A stretch of 64,000 bases of DNA from a virus. The stretch spans positions 96,001 through 160,000 of the IMG/VR virus record IMGVR_UViG_3300027754_005796. One strand, written 5' to 3'. The position numbers and the translations under genes were made by a program. Under the pieces are notes generated by a model, which was given only the letters and a program-made list of their open reading frames with translations, made no database searches and was not told where the DNA came from. Shown here piece by piece: positions 8,222-18,784 of this stretch (its first letter is position 1; the number at the start of each line of letters is the position of its first letter).

Positions 8222-8638
8222 ATGGATAAAATCCCGTCTTTTGAGCAATTTGTTTTATTGAAAGAAGGCAACACTCGTAGTGCCTTGAAAACTTTGCTGT
8301 ATCCACTTGGATACGGCGGTTTGGGCAATTATCCTCCGTTGCACTTTATTCCTAAAGCTGCCGATGCAATTTTGTACATTTCCAAGGATGAACGCCTGTT
8401 CTGTAACGGCGATGGTCCCCCTTGGGATATCAGTCATCTTCCCGGTCATAAACAATACGGCGACAAGATTAACAACGGCGAGGGAGAGCCCTACGACATC
8501 CGTGACCTTCCCGGCAAAACTATTGAACCCAAACCCACAGATGTCCCCGGCAATGTCGTTGCTCCCCGTGGGTTTGTGCGGCTGATTCAAAAGGTGAAGT
8601 GCCTTAAAGAAAAACCTCAAAGATTGATTCCAGACTGA
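8222..8638 (+). CDS. Hypothetical protein with SFEQFVLLKE N-terminus
   Basis: 138-aa ORF; internal duplication NGDGPPWDI/NGEGEPYDI. Confidence 0.6.
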   Translation: MDKIPSFEQFVLLKEGNTRSALKTLLYPLGYGGLGNYPPLHFIPKAADAILYISKDERLFCNGDGPPWDISHLPGHKQYGDKINNGEGEPYDIRDLPGKTIEPKPTDVPGNVVAPRGFVRLIQKVKCLKEKPQRLIPD

Positions 8639-8702
8639 TGTTAAACTTCAATGATTACATCGAGGCAAGTTATAGGGATCAGCCGCCTAAAAGGAGAAGA
8701 AG

Positions 8703-11606
8703 ATGAATATTGACTGGTTGTTCAATGAGTTTCGTGGCGACAGAATCGAAGGTTATCAACTTCTAGATGAGAAGTGGGAAAATCTTGATAATCCTGATAA
8801 AATGGCCAAATTCCTCTTCAATGTTGAAAAAACTGATTCAACAACTGGTCAAAAAGTAAAAGATCGTTGTTCTTCAGGGGGAGGTGATCATCATGTGTAC
8901 GGAGTAACATTTAACGGTTCTGATTTTAATAAAGTTAGCATCGCATTCAATCGTTGTGGTTCATATAGTGATTTTGATGGCGGGTATGGTGCACAAGTTT
9001 TTATGGGTGTGGCAAAAGCAATCAGCAAGTACGCTCAAGTTCGTAAACCTGCAAGGTTTTCTTGGTCTCCTGTGCCTAGATCGACTCGTCAAAAGCCCGG
9101 TCAAGCTCAAACTAGAGAGGCGAGAAAAAATGTTTATGAGCGCATGGCTGTTGGCAACATGTTTCCAGAAAAATATGTTTCTATTGAAGAAAATGAATGG
9201 TTGCGCAGGGATTTATACGACAAACATTATGTCCCTGCTGGCTACCCAGAAGTTCCCGAGGATATGACTAGCTCCTCGCATAACAAGTTAAAAAAACAAG
9301 CAGTAGATGATTTAAGGCAAAAGGCAAGTCAACTTCCTTATACTGCACAAAATGCTGCCGAAGGCAGTTACAGACTAGAGAGGGAGAGGCTAGAGAAAGA
9401 ACAAAGAGAAAGACTTGAAAGAGAAGCTTCAGAGAGATTGCGTGCAGAGATAGACAGTCCAGATATGAATCCCGAAGGATTAAATTTAGACGACAAGGTG
9501 TTTTTGACTCATGAATTAAATGACTTGCAAAAACAGATGCTTCAAAATTTTATGAATTTAGAGAGTTACCAAAGATTTATTGTCAATGGTCAAGATGAAG
9601 GTAAAATATTTGCTTTCAATCTCAGAGACGACCCTAGTAATCAAGGCGGTCGTATTTTAACCGCAAAAGTCAAACTGCGTACTGATGAAAATGATGATCA
9701 ACATTTAGGACAACAATTTGAATTTCCTGTCAAGTTTTTGCAAAAATTTGACAGCACCGCTTCCGACAGTCGAAAGCGCAATAGAGATGCTTATTATGAC
9801 AGAATTACAGCACAGGGAAATATAAATCCGAATCAACTAAAAGTTGGAGAAAAGGTTGTTTTGGTTTTACCTGTAGATAAAAACCTTCGGCAAGACTATG
9901 GCTCAGGTAAAGTTGGTTTTGGGGCGGTTGGCAAAATTGTTCGTCGTCAACTTGATTATGGTTACAGAGACCCTGAATTAATTTTTCAAATCAAGTTTGA
10001 TGACAATGTAATCCCAGAGTCTGAAAGAGACTCCGGTGATGCTGGAAATTTTGAGTTTGAATCTAGGGATGAAACCATTCCTTTAAACGCAAAAAATACT
10101 TTCTTGCTTCCTTACAATGATGAAAATGTGTCTAATGCTAAAAATATGTACCAACGCCATAAAAATCGTTTAAAGGATGCTCTCGAAAACATGGAGCTTA
10201 ATCCTCAACAATTAAATGTTGGCGATGAATTTTTTTTAATGCCTGATCAAATTCGTAGAAATTTAAGGAGAGATTACAACACACAAGATCAGGCTTTTGG
10301 CCAGATTTATAAAATTGTTGCAGTAAAATTTGATGATAGATCGTATCGTGGTGCGAGATTAACCTTTGAAACTAAAATACAAAATGCAAATGTTCTTGGT
10401 TCTGAAGTCATAGACAGTTTAAATGTAGTTGAAAAAAATGATTTTGTCGATAGTGGAAATGAAGATAAAAATTTTCCAAGTAATTCTAATTTTATCAAAA
10501 AAGTGTCATTAACTAATGTTCGGCAGGCCAAGAATTTTTATGAGACTTATGAAGAAAATAAAAAAAACTTTCTTCAAAACCCAAGCACTAATCCACATGG
10601 ATTAGTGCTTGGGTTAAAATATATTTTAACTCCAGCTACTGATGAAAGGTCGTATGTTTCGCTCCTTTCTTCAATAGTAGGCTATGTCGGAGATTTTGTG
10701 GGATTAATTCAAAGTAAAACCTCTCCTAATCAGATGAATTCTTATGGTTTTTTGTTTAAAACAGATCAGAGCAAGTCGTTAATGCTGTCTGATCGTAGTT
10801 CTAAAGATATTGTTTTTGTCTCTGATAATTTTATTCATGATAAGCCACAAGCTTATACTGAAGAGATTCACAGGAAAATACAAAAACTTGTCAGAAAAAA
10901 ACATATTGAGGATGAGGCAAGTTCTCATAAAAAAGATATTGTAAAAAACACTCCTCAGCAGTATAAATTTACAAGCCGAAATGATCCTGTTCAACAGCAG
11001 TTGATGAGTGATAGACGCAATCCTCTGGGAATAGGAATTGGCGACAAAGTAAAAATCAAACCAAATGACCAACTGCCTGTTGATAATCGGATTTCTTGGC
11101 GTATAGACAGGTCAAAAGAGTTTGAAGTTACGCTGGTCTCGACAAACTCTGGCACCCTCTCCACACAAATTGTTCTAGCTAGATTAAAACCGGGAAATGC
11201 ACATGTTGATGTTCAATATTTGCAATTGATAAAATCTTTCGCTACTCCTCAACTCCAAAAGAAAATGGAAAAAACGACCAGAATGCGTGGTCTACATCAA
11301 GCTGAAACGAGCCACAACGACCGCAGGATTGGCGATGAAGTGACCATCACGGGAGGTCCTTCTCGCAACAGAACAGGACACATAATTGGCTGGAAGATGA
11401 GCGGCAACAATGTTGTCGCTCAGGTTTTGTTAGACCCTCAAGACCCACAAAACATTATACATTCGACCTATCCAACTGAGAGGGCTAGCGTTGCTTTGAA
11501 GTATTTAAGACCAGTCGTTGCCAATGCTTCAGGAGTTTCCGAGTTGCGTCCTGAGTCTATGAACTACATGAATTACTTGTTAATGAGCAATTCTTTTTTT
11601 GGATGA
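8703..11606 (+). CDS. Large repeat protein, paralog 1
   Basis: 967 aa; recurrent NPxxLxxGDxV units; C-terminal KOW-like IGDEVTITGGPSRNRTGHI. Confidence 0.75.
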   Translation: MNIDWLFNEFRGDRIEGYQLLDEKWENLDNPDKMAKFLFNVEKTDSTTGQKVKDRCSSGGGDHHVYGVTFNGSDFNKVSIAFNRCGSYSDFDGGYGAQVFMGVAKAISKYAQVRKPARFSWSPVPRSTRQKPGQAQTREARKNVYERMAVGNMFPEKYVSIEENEWLRRDLYDKHYVPAGYPEVPEDMTSSSHNKLKKQAVDDLRQKASQLPYTAQNAAEGSYRLERERLEKEQRERLEREASERLRAEIDSPDMNPEGLNLDDKVFLTHELNDLQKQMLQNFMNLESYQRFIVNGQDEGKIFAFNLRDDPSNQGGRILTAKVKLRTDENDDQHLGQQFEFPVKFLQKFDSTASDSRKRNRDAYYDRITAQGNINPNQLKVGEKVVLVLPVDKNLRQDYGSGKVGFGAVGKIVRRQLDYGYRDPELIFQIKFDDNVIPESERDSGDAGNFEFESRDETIPLNAKNTFLLPYNDENVSNAKNMYQRHKNRLKDALENMELNPQQLNVGDEFFLMPDQIRRNLRRDYNTQDQAFGQIYKIVAVKFDDRSYRGARLTFETKIQNANVLGSEVIDSLNVVEKNDFVDSGNEDKNFPSNSNFIKKVSLTNVRQAKNFYETYEENKKNFLQNPSTNPHGLVLGLKYILTPATDERSYVSLLSSIVGYVGDFVGLIQSKTSPNQMNSYGFLFKTDQSKSLMLSDRSSKDIVFVSDNFIHDKPQAYTEEIHRKIQKLVRKKHIEDEASSHKKDIVKNTPQQYKFTSRNDPVQQQLMSDRRNPLGIGIGDKVKIKPNDQLPVDNRISWRIDRSKEFEVTLVSTNSGTLSTQIVLARLKPGNAHVDVQYLQLIKSFATPQLQKKMEKTTRMRGLHQAETSHNDRRIGDEVTITGGPSRNRTGHIIGWKMSGNNVVAQVLLDPQDPQNIIHSTYPTERASVALKYLRPVVANASGVSELRPESMNYMNYLLMSNSFFG

Positions 11607-14320
11607 AAAAACTGATGAGAAATCCTTTTTTACCACAAAGTTTGATTTTTGAAACCATAGCCACCGAAGATTTGGCAAATGTTGAAATTTTGGATGGCAA
11701 ATGGGAAAATCTTACGGATACTGAACGACAGGCAGTATTTAGATTTAATGTTCAAACACCCTCCACAGATGGTTCACCGCCACAAAAAGATACTTGCGAG
11801 TATGATAGATATCATGTTTACATGGTTTCTTTTGGTGGGTGGGATCGTAAAGCTAATGGTGTCAGCATATCCTTTTACAGATGTGATAGCACAGCAGATG
11901 TCGGAGGAGGTTTTGGTAATCAAGTGTTTCTTGCTGTGCAGAAAGCAATTTATGATTATATCAAAGCAAGAAAACCTTATGCATTGTCGTGGTCTCCTGT
12001 AAGAAAATCAAGCACACAAGAAAAAATGAGAAAAGAAGGAGGCAATGCAAGAGGGAGAGTGTATGAAATGCTTTCGAGAGCCCATCTTTTTCCCGAGTAT
12101 GTTTCCTACAAGGAAAACCATTGGATAAGAAAAGATTTGTATGACAAGTTTGCAGTACCTGAAGGTCTTCCAAAGTTAAGTGATGATATATCTAAATCTT
12201 CCACTATGCTCAACAAGGTCTCTGAAATTAAAAGAATGAGACATGAATCAAAAAATGTTTCGCATGAAACAATTTCAAATATTAACGACAAAATATATAA
12301 TTTTGGCATCGAAGACCTCGCAAGAGAAAAAGAAGAGCTTTTAAAAAATGTGATTGATGATCCAGAGCAAAATCCAAATAAATTAAGAATTAATGATTTG
12401 GTACATTTAGATACGAACTATCCCACAGAGTATCAAGATTTTGTCAATGATGAATCATCTCACATTTCTTTATTAAAATACATTAATTCAGGAAGAGATT
12501 ACGGAAAAATCGTTGACATGTCATTGAGATCAGTACCGTGGACTGGTGGTAGTAAAGAGATGTTGCTAGGCAAAGTTTTTCTTGTAGATCAAGGTGATGA
12601 TGCATTCGATAATTATTCTAATTTTACTAATTATTATGTTCAGTTACCGCTGCGAATTTTAGAAAAATTTAAACCAGAAATAAAGTCTGAAAGAACAAAA
12701 CAACGCTTCAAAAAATTATTGGATGATGCGATTAAAAATCCTCTGGGGCTTGACTACGGCACCGAGGTGATTTTTTTACCAATTAAAATTATATTACAGG
12801 AAGACAGGGCTTTTGGCGATATTTTTAAAATTAAGAGATTTTATGATTCTTCTGGAAGCCTTTATTATGAAGCCGAATATGTTAAAAATTATTTTATCAA
12901 TCAAGACATAGACGAAAATTTTAAAAAGTATTTTGCCCCCACAGACATTCAAACTCTTCGTATCGATGAAGATATTACAAATTACGGCAACACTTGGAAC
13001 GGGAGGTTTTTGCCACTAATTCCTTCTACCATTGATAAAGCTGAAAGAAAATTTAGATCATTTATAGAAACTGCAAAATCCGCCCTTGAAGGAGATAATT
13101 TTTTTAAACTCAAAAAAGGAGATCAAGTCGTTGGTATAAAAGGAGACCTGCTTGGCAAATCTAAAATAGGCTTTCGATATGGACAAATTGGTCGGGTAGC
13201 TGATTTAGTGATTGACGACGGTGTACAAGTGCATATTAGCTGGAGAGATGAAAATGCTTTAAAGGATATGGAGTTATATCAACAAGTTTATAAAAACACT
13301 CCTGCTCTCTCGGTTACAAGACGGTATCATGAGCAAGATTATGACGACGCAGTCGGTATTGGTTTAACTTTCCAAAAGTTAAGCGATGAAGCAGTTGAGA
13401 AGGCAAAATCCAATTTGAAAAATGAATATCAAAAAGAGTATTTGGATTTTGTTGAAAATCCTGCATATAATCCAGAGAAAATTAAAGTCGGAGACACGGT
13501 TTTTGCGACTTACAAAACAACTAATTTCGCAAGATGTATGACCGTATCTTATTTTGGTGTGGTATCCAAAGTAGAATCTATTGATGTTTATCCAGATCAA
13601 AAAGTAGTGACTTTTAATCTTGTTGTTGACAAAACAAAAACAGCAAGCTTGATGCCTCAGGAAATTTCATTGAGCGGTTTTAGCATTTCTTCATATGATT
13701 TCTGTATAAAGCTTATGCATTATAATCCAGCGAATGTGTTGCTGCATAAGAAATTGGCACATATGTTTGACATCGGCAAAGATGTATTTACAAGTCGAAG
13801 TGATTGGCAAAAGCGTTTTCAATCAAATTTAGATGGTCAACAGTTCCAACAAAATCAAAAAGTAAAAGTTGCTGCTGGCTGGAAAACTGATGGCACAAGT
13901 GGTCAGCCATTTGTGGGTTATTTCTATCGTATGATTAGCAACAGATTAGCACGAGTTATGAATCCAGACGGAGATTTTGAAGGAGTGCGTATCGAAAAAA
14001 TGTCACCCGTAGGTAAACCAGATTTAAGACGCAATTTATTGCAGCAAATTCAATCCTCGTCCTTATCGATTGGAGATGCTGTTAAAGTATCAAAAGGTAT
14101 GCATGTCAACAAACTCGGGCATATCGTGAATTATTCGCCTAAGAAAGGATTTGCAGGCTATTATGTCATTGTTAAGACCATGCCCAGCGACAATGCTCAT
14201 AGTGAGAGAATAGTGGTAAATGCGGACGATCTTGTTCCAAGCGATGAAGTATCAAAATTGGAATCATACAAAACCATCTTAAATCGCATGAATAGATATT
14301 TTGAATGGAAAAAATTATGA
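11603..14320 (+). CDS. Large repeat protein, paralog 2
   Basis: 905 aa; same N-terminal domain and repeats; IGDAVKVSKGMHVNKLGHI. Confidence 0.75.
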   Translation: MKKLMRNPFLPQSLIFETIATEDLANVEILDGKWENLTDTERQAVFRFNVQTPSTDGSPPQKDTCEYDRYHVYMVSFGGWDRKANGVSISFYRCDSTADVGGGFGNQVFLAVQKAIYDYIKARKPYALSWSPVRKSSTQEKMRKEGGNARGRVYEMLSRAHLFPEYVSYKENHWIRKDLYDKFAVPEGLPKLSDDISKSSTMLNKVSEIKRMRHESKNVSHETISNINDKIYNFGIEDLAREKEELLKNVIDDPEQNPNKLRINDLVHLDTNYPTEYQDFVNDESSHISLLKYINSGRDYGKIVDMSLRSVPWTGGSKEMLLGKVFLVDQGDDAFDNYSNFTNYYVQLPLRILEKFKPEIKSERTKQRFKKLLDDAIKNPLGLDYGTEVIFLPIKIILQEDRAFGDIFKIKRFYDSSGSLYYEAEYVKNYFINQDIDENFKKYFAPTDIQTLRIDEDITNYGNTWNGRFLPLIPSTIDKAERKFRSFIETAKSALEGDNFFKLKKGDQVVGIKGDLLGKSKIGFRYGQIGRVADLVIDDGVQVHISWRDENALKDMELYQQVYKNTPALSVTRRYHEQDYDDAVGIGLTFQKLSDEAVEKAKSNLKNEYQKEYLDFVENPAYNPEKIKVGDTVFATYKTTNFARCMTVSYFGVVSKVESIDVYPDQKVVTFNLVVDKTKTASLMPQEISLSGFSISSYDFCIKLMHYNPANVLLHKKLAHMFDIGKDVFTSRSDWQKRFQSNLDGQQFQQNQKVKVAAGWKTDGTSGQPFVGYFYRMISNRLARVMNPDGDFEGVRIEKMSPVGKPDLRRNLLQQIQSSSLSIGDAVKVSKGMHVNKLGHIVNYSPKKGFAGYYVIVKTMPSDNAHSERIVVNADDLVPSDEVSKLESYKTILNRMNRYFEWKKL

Positions 14321-17241
14321 GAAATCCTTTTTTACCAATTACTTTCGATTATTTTGAGACAGTTGCCACCGAGGATTTGCCCAAAATAAAGCCTTTGAAT
14401 GGGGAATGGAAAAATTTAGATAATCCTAATGCATATTCTGTTATTTACAATTTTGATGCCACAAAAACCGATCCAAACGATTCCACCAAAATTATAAAAG
14501 ATGTCTGTGGAACAGATCGTCCCGCATATGATGTAAGATTCAGCGGTAATGATTATGGTCATGAAGGAATTAGCATCTCCTTTTACAGATGCGGAAGAAC
14601 AGCAGATCATCCAGAGGGATTTGGGGGATCGGTTTTTCAAGGGGTTCAAAGAGCAATTTATGATTATGTTATGGCCAGAAAGCCATTCGCTTTGAATTGG
14701 ACTCCTGTGTCAAGATCAGATGGACAGGCACGAGAAAGAGAGAGACAAAAGAGCACAAGTTCAAGACATAGAGTTTATGAAATGTTGTCCATAAGTCATT
14801 TGTTTCCCGATTATGTTTCTTATAAACCCAATCATTGGTTGAGAAGAGATTTGTATGAAAAGGTAGCAGCACCAGAGGGTATGCCTCCAGTTGAAGATGA
14901 AATAAAAGTCAATAGTCCTCTTGCCAAAAAAAAAGCAGCGATTAATGATATGCGACAAAAAAGTTCGCAGAAGCTATTGGCAAATGCCAATCTTGCTTCA
15001 GATATAGTAAGTAAAATCAACGAATTTGGAATTCAAATAAAGAATAAAGCTTTAGAGGATATTAAAGCCAAGAGATTAGAAGCTTTGAATTTACAAATAA
15101 ATGACCCTCAACAGAATCCTCATCGCTTAAAAGTTGATGATTTGGTGCATGTCAGTTTGGATTACCCAGAGGCATATAAATCCTATTTAAATGTCGAATC
15201 TAGTCATAGTTCGGTGCAGAAGATGGTGAATTCGGGTCGGGATTACGGCAAAATTGCTGATTTTAAATTTGAAAGTGTGCCTTGGGAAAATGGCAATAAA
15301 GAGATGTTGTTGGCAAAAGTTTTTCTAGTTGATTCGAGTAATGAAGAGCACCATGATGATTCTCAATTTACAGATTATTATATTTGGTTGCCAGCAAACC
15401 TTTTGGAAAAATACGGTCACGAAAAGCGTGAAGGCAAAAGAATGTCACGCTTACAGAAATTACTTGATAACGAAACAGAAAATCCAAAAAGGTTCCAAAT
15501 AGGTCAAGAAATCATTTGTGTTCCAGATGGTAATTATGCTTATAAAGTTAGGAGAAACGCTGATGGTTTCCAAAATGCTGGCGTAGGTGAAAAGTTTAAA
15601 ATTACTGATGCATACATTGATCCGATTAGTGGTTCAATAGATCTAAAAGCAAAATTTTTAGAAAATGTTTTAGAAGCCGAAGTTCCTGATTGGTTAAGCG
15701 CAATAATAAATCCATCTGATGTTGGTGTTTATAGTGATCGGACCATAGGATTTCATCCTAAAGACCGTGCTGTAAAACATGCAAATAGCACATCAATTGC
15801 AAAAGTAAAGATAGACTATAAAAAAGTTTATGACGCACTCAGTCGTCTCGTGGTAGGAGGTGAAAACCGTCTTGGTTTAAAAAAAGGCGACCAAATTGTT
15901 TTTGTAAAATCAGTAGATATTTCAGAAATTGCAAAAAACCTACCCATTGGTCAAATTGGAAAGGTTCATAAGATTATATTAGAAAGTAGCCTAGTTCCAG
16001 ATCAGATAGAAATAGACAATGTCGAATTTATAATTAATTGGACTAACAAAAACATACTTGAAGATGACTCTAGATTTATAGATGTATACGCCGGAATAGG
16101 AAGAACATTAAGTTTGGCGAAAAGCAATGGTAATAAAGACGAAAAATATTCACAAGATGATGTGAGAATTAAAAAACTAAATGAAGAATCGCAGGCTCTT
16201 GTCAAAAATAATTTTGAAAAGATGTATAAGAAATATCAAGAAATTATCAATCAAGAAATGACCAATAGTGCCAACAAATATGGTTTGAAGCCGGGGGACG
16301 AAGTAATTGTGACTTCCAAGAAAAATCCTAAATTTATTTATAATTTTTGTCAACAATATTTAAAGTACATAGGTGTAGGTAAGCTGCTTTCTTTTAAACT
16401 TCAAATTTCATACGATTTTTTAGAAGACCAAAATTACACAAGCGTAAAAGCAGATATCGAATATGATGTAGAAAAAACACAAGCTTTGACTGGACAGAAG
16501 TCAAACAGCAATCGTGGGCTTATCGATGTTGGTTTAGAAGATTGTTTAGATGTCGTGCCTTACAATCCAGCACAAATTCTCAATGTGAAAAATCTATTGC
16601 ACAACATCCAAGTTGTTACAAAAACCAGTAAAACCAAAGACTTTATTGACAGGCAAGTCAACAAATATTATAGTGATGCAGGTGCTTTCCACACAACCGA
16701 TGGCGACAAAATATTTCCTAAGGATGCTATTTTTTACAATGTGAATGATGAATGGCATCGTGGAATATATATTGGAAATAAAAATGAACGCTTGGCGTAT
16801 GTGGCTAAAAATACAAACACACAGTTTGAAGAGGTGCCTTATGAAGACATCAAGTCTGTTAATCCTCAAAAATCAAAAGCAAAAAAATCTTTTTTGAAAC
16901 ATGGCGGTACAGCTTTTCTTCCTACTTCTTCCCCGGATGCAATTTTTGGGATGGTTGGTCTAGCATTAGGAGATCCGGTTGATGTGGTTGCTGGAGAGCA
17001 CGCAAACAAATCTGGACACATTGTAAGCTGGAGGCGTTTACGGGGAGTTCCTTTTGCCAGCCCCTCTGATGGTCGTGGAGATATGGGTGCAGTCATTTCA
17101 ACTTATCCATCGCCTGACAAGCCGAGCGAAACTATCGTTGTCCCAGCATCTTCTCTCAAAAAGAGCGAAACCCTACATAGATTTGAATCTTTTAGCGGTT
17201 TTCTCTCCCTGCTCAACCGTTTTCTTGTTGAAAGACTCTGA
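14305..17241 (+). CDS. Large repeat protein, paralog 3
   Basis: 978 aa; MRNPFLP...ATEDL start shared with paralog 2; LGDPVDVVAGEHANKSGHI. Confidence 0.75.
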   Translation: MEKIMRNPFLPITFDYFETVATEDLPKIKPLNGEWKNLDNPNAYSVIYNFDATKTDPNDSTKIIKDVCGTDRPAYDVRFSGNDYGHEGISISFYRCGRTADHPEGFGGSVFQGVQRAIYDYVMARKPFALNWTPVSRSDGQARERERQKSTSSRHRVYEMLSISHLFPDYVSYKPNHWLRRDLYEKVAAPEGMPPVEDEIKVNSPLAKKKAAINDMRQKSSQKLLANANLASDIVSKINEFGIQIKNKALEDIKAKRLEALNLQINDPQQNPHRLKVDDLVHVSLDYPEAYKSYLNVESSHSSVQKMVNSGRDYGKIADFKFESVPWENGNKEMLLAKVFLVDSSNEEHHDDSQFTDYYIWLPANLLEKYGHEKREGKRMSRLQKLLDNETENPKRFQIGQEIICVPDGNYAYKVRRNADGFQNAGVGEKFKITDAYIDPISGSIDLKAKFLENVLEAEVPDWLSAIINPSDVGVYSDRTIGFHPKDRAVKHANSTSIAKVKIDYKKVYDALSRLVVGGENRLGLKKGDQIVFVKSVDISEIAKNLPIGQIGKVHKIILESSLVPDQIEIDNVEFIINWTNKNILEDDSRFIDVYAGIGRTLSLAKSNGNKDEKYSQDDVRIKKLNEESQALVKNNFEKMYKKYQEIINQEMTNSANKYGLKPGDEVIVTSKKNPKFIYNFCQQYLKYIGVGKLLSFKLQISYDFLEDQNYTSVKADIEYDVEKTQALTGQKSNSNRGLIDVGLEDCLDVVPYNPAQILNVKNLLHNIQVVTKTSKTKDFIDRQVNKYYSDAGAFHTTDGDKIFPKDAIFYNVNDEWHRGIYIGNKNERLAYVAKNTNTQFEEVPYEDIKSVNPQKSKAKKSFLKHGGTAFLPTSSPDAIFGMVGLALGDPVDVVAGEHANKSGHIVSWRRLRGVPFASPSDGRGDMGAVISTYPSPDKPSETIVVPASSLKKSETLHRFESFSGFLSLLNRFLVERL

Positions 17242-17264
17242 TACAACATCGGAGGTATTTGATC

Positions 17265-17483
17265 ATGGATAAATATTTAAAAATACTTGCAGCCTTTGAA
17301 CAGGCTGGTGCTTTTATGCAAGTGGTGGCAAGTTTTCTTGCTACCTACCACAAAAGCTTAATTGAAAACGGCTTCCAGCGAGATGAAGCCCTGAAACTCG
17401 TCTCGGCACTTCAAAGAGAAATGATTCGTGAAGGTTTGCGCATGAACGATGACGATGAACCCGAAGAGCAAAGTGAAGAATAA
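17265..17483 (+). CDS. Hypothetical protein
   Basis: YHKSLIENGFQRDEALKL; RBS GGAGG. Confidence 0.65.
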   Translation: MDKYLKILAAFEQAGAFMQVVASFLATYHKSLIENGFQRDEALKLVSALQREMIREGLRMNDDDEPEEQSEE

Positions 17484-17888
17484 ATGTCTGTCAAGCAAGT
17501 CATAATTTGGAGGCACGATCTTAAGTGTCGTCTGGGTAAAAAGATGGCGCAAGCAGGTCACGCTGCTCTTGCACCCTTCTTTGAAACATTTCAAAATAGT
17601 ACAGATGCAGATGGAAATGTCGTTTTTAAAATGACACTATCCCAGTTCGAGTGGTATTTGGGAAATCAAAAGAAAATTGTTTTACGGGTGGATACTGAAG
17701 CTGATTTGTTGTTTTTGTATCAAAGGGCCAAAGAGTTGCGAATTCCTGCTTATTTGATTGTTGACAGCGGTTTGACTGAGTGGGATGAGCCCACCAAGAC
17801 TTGCATATCACTTGGTCCATCTGAAGAAAAGATTATTGATGAATTGACAGGAGAGAAAGGACCTTTGGGTAAGTTGCAACTCCTTTAA
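17484..17888 (+). CDS. pth2: Peptidyl-tRNA hydrolase type 2
   Basis: KQVIIWRHDL..GKKMAQAGHAA, QKKIVLRV, IVDSGLTE, TCISLGP. Confidence 0.9.
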   Translation: MSVKQVIIWRHDLKCRLGKKMAQAGHAALAPFFETFQNSTDADGNVVFKMTLSQFEWYLGNQKKIVLRVDTEADLLFLYQRAKELRIPAYLIVDSGLTEWDEPTKTCISLGPSEEKIIDELTGEKGPLGKLQLL

Positions 17889-17920
17889 AATATGCTCCAC
17901 ATAGAAGTAGATACTTTTAT

Positions 17921-18547
17921 ATGGAGGTGCGGGTGTCTGTTGCTCATAGGAAAGTTCTGGTTTTGAATAAATCGTGGCGACCAGTTGGTGTCATCACGGT
18001 CGAAAAAGCTTTACAAAAAGTATTTTCAACATATATTGATGGCACTCCAAAAGCCAAAATCGTTGATGCCGTTAATGATTTTGCCACATTTACTTGGGAA
18101 GACTGGTCTAAATTAATTCCCAAAGATGATGAACTTAAACTAAGGACAGTAAATGCTGTTTTCCGTGTGCCTGAAGTAATTCAATATACCCGTTATGACA
18201 AAGTGCCTAACCATAAGGTGCATTACAATCGAAGAACTATTTATCGGCGTGATAATTTTCGCTGTCAATATTGCGGCAAGCGGAAAACCACCAGCGAATT
18301 GAGTCTTGATCATGTGATCCCAAGATGTCAGGGAGGTCTGACAAATTGGGAAAATATTGTGGTGGCATGCACAGACTGTAATAGTCGCAAAGCTGGCAGA
18401 ACTCCGAAAGAGGCTGGTATGAAGCTGTTGCGACCACCTTTTAAACCCAAGCATGATTTCCTTGTCGAAGATATTCGTGTTGATTCTTGGACCGCTTTCT
18501 TAGGAGAAGCATATTGGAATGTTATGTTGGAAAATGACATAAAATAG
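17921..18547 (+). CDS. HNH endonuclease (McrA/HNH_5-like)
   Basis: VLVLN; RRDNFRCQYCG..LSLDHVIPRCQGG..WENIVVAC..CN..KAGRTP. Confidence 0.9.
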   Translation: MEVRVSVAHRKVLVLNKSWRPVGVITVEKALQKVFSTYIDGTPKAKIVDAVNDFATFTWEDWSKLIPKDDELKLRTVNAVFRVPEVIQYTRYDKVPNHKVHYNRRTIYRRDNFRCQYCGKRKTTSELSLDHVIPRCQGGLTNWENIVVACTDCNSRKAGRTPKEAGMKLLRPPFKPKHDFLVEDIRVDSWTAFLGEAYWNVMLENDIK

Positions 18548-18579
18548 CTTAAAATTGATTATTTAAAGGAGTCCTGCGA

Positions 18580-18768
18580 ATGTGGTTGAAATTATCGACG
18601 CAATGGATTAATATGGCGCACATGGTGCGTGTAGAGATTAAGGTTGAAGGTGGCAAGAAAATTGCCACCTTTTATTCTACAAAAACTGGTGGTCAGGACC
18701 GCACATTTGTTGAAGGTGCTGACGCAGAGGTAGTTGAAAAACACCTCTCCCAAAACAGCTTTGCTTAA
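18580..18768 (+). CDS. Hypothetical protein
   Basis: 62-aa ORF with RBS AAGGAG. Confidence 0.6.
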   Translation: MWLKLSTQWINMAHMVRVEIKVEGGKKIATFYSTKTGGQDRTFVEGADAEVVEKHLSQNSFA

Positions 18769-18784
18769 TGAAAGCGAGACGGGG

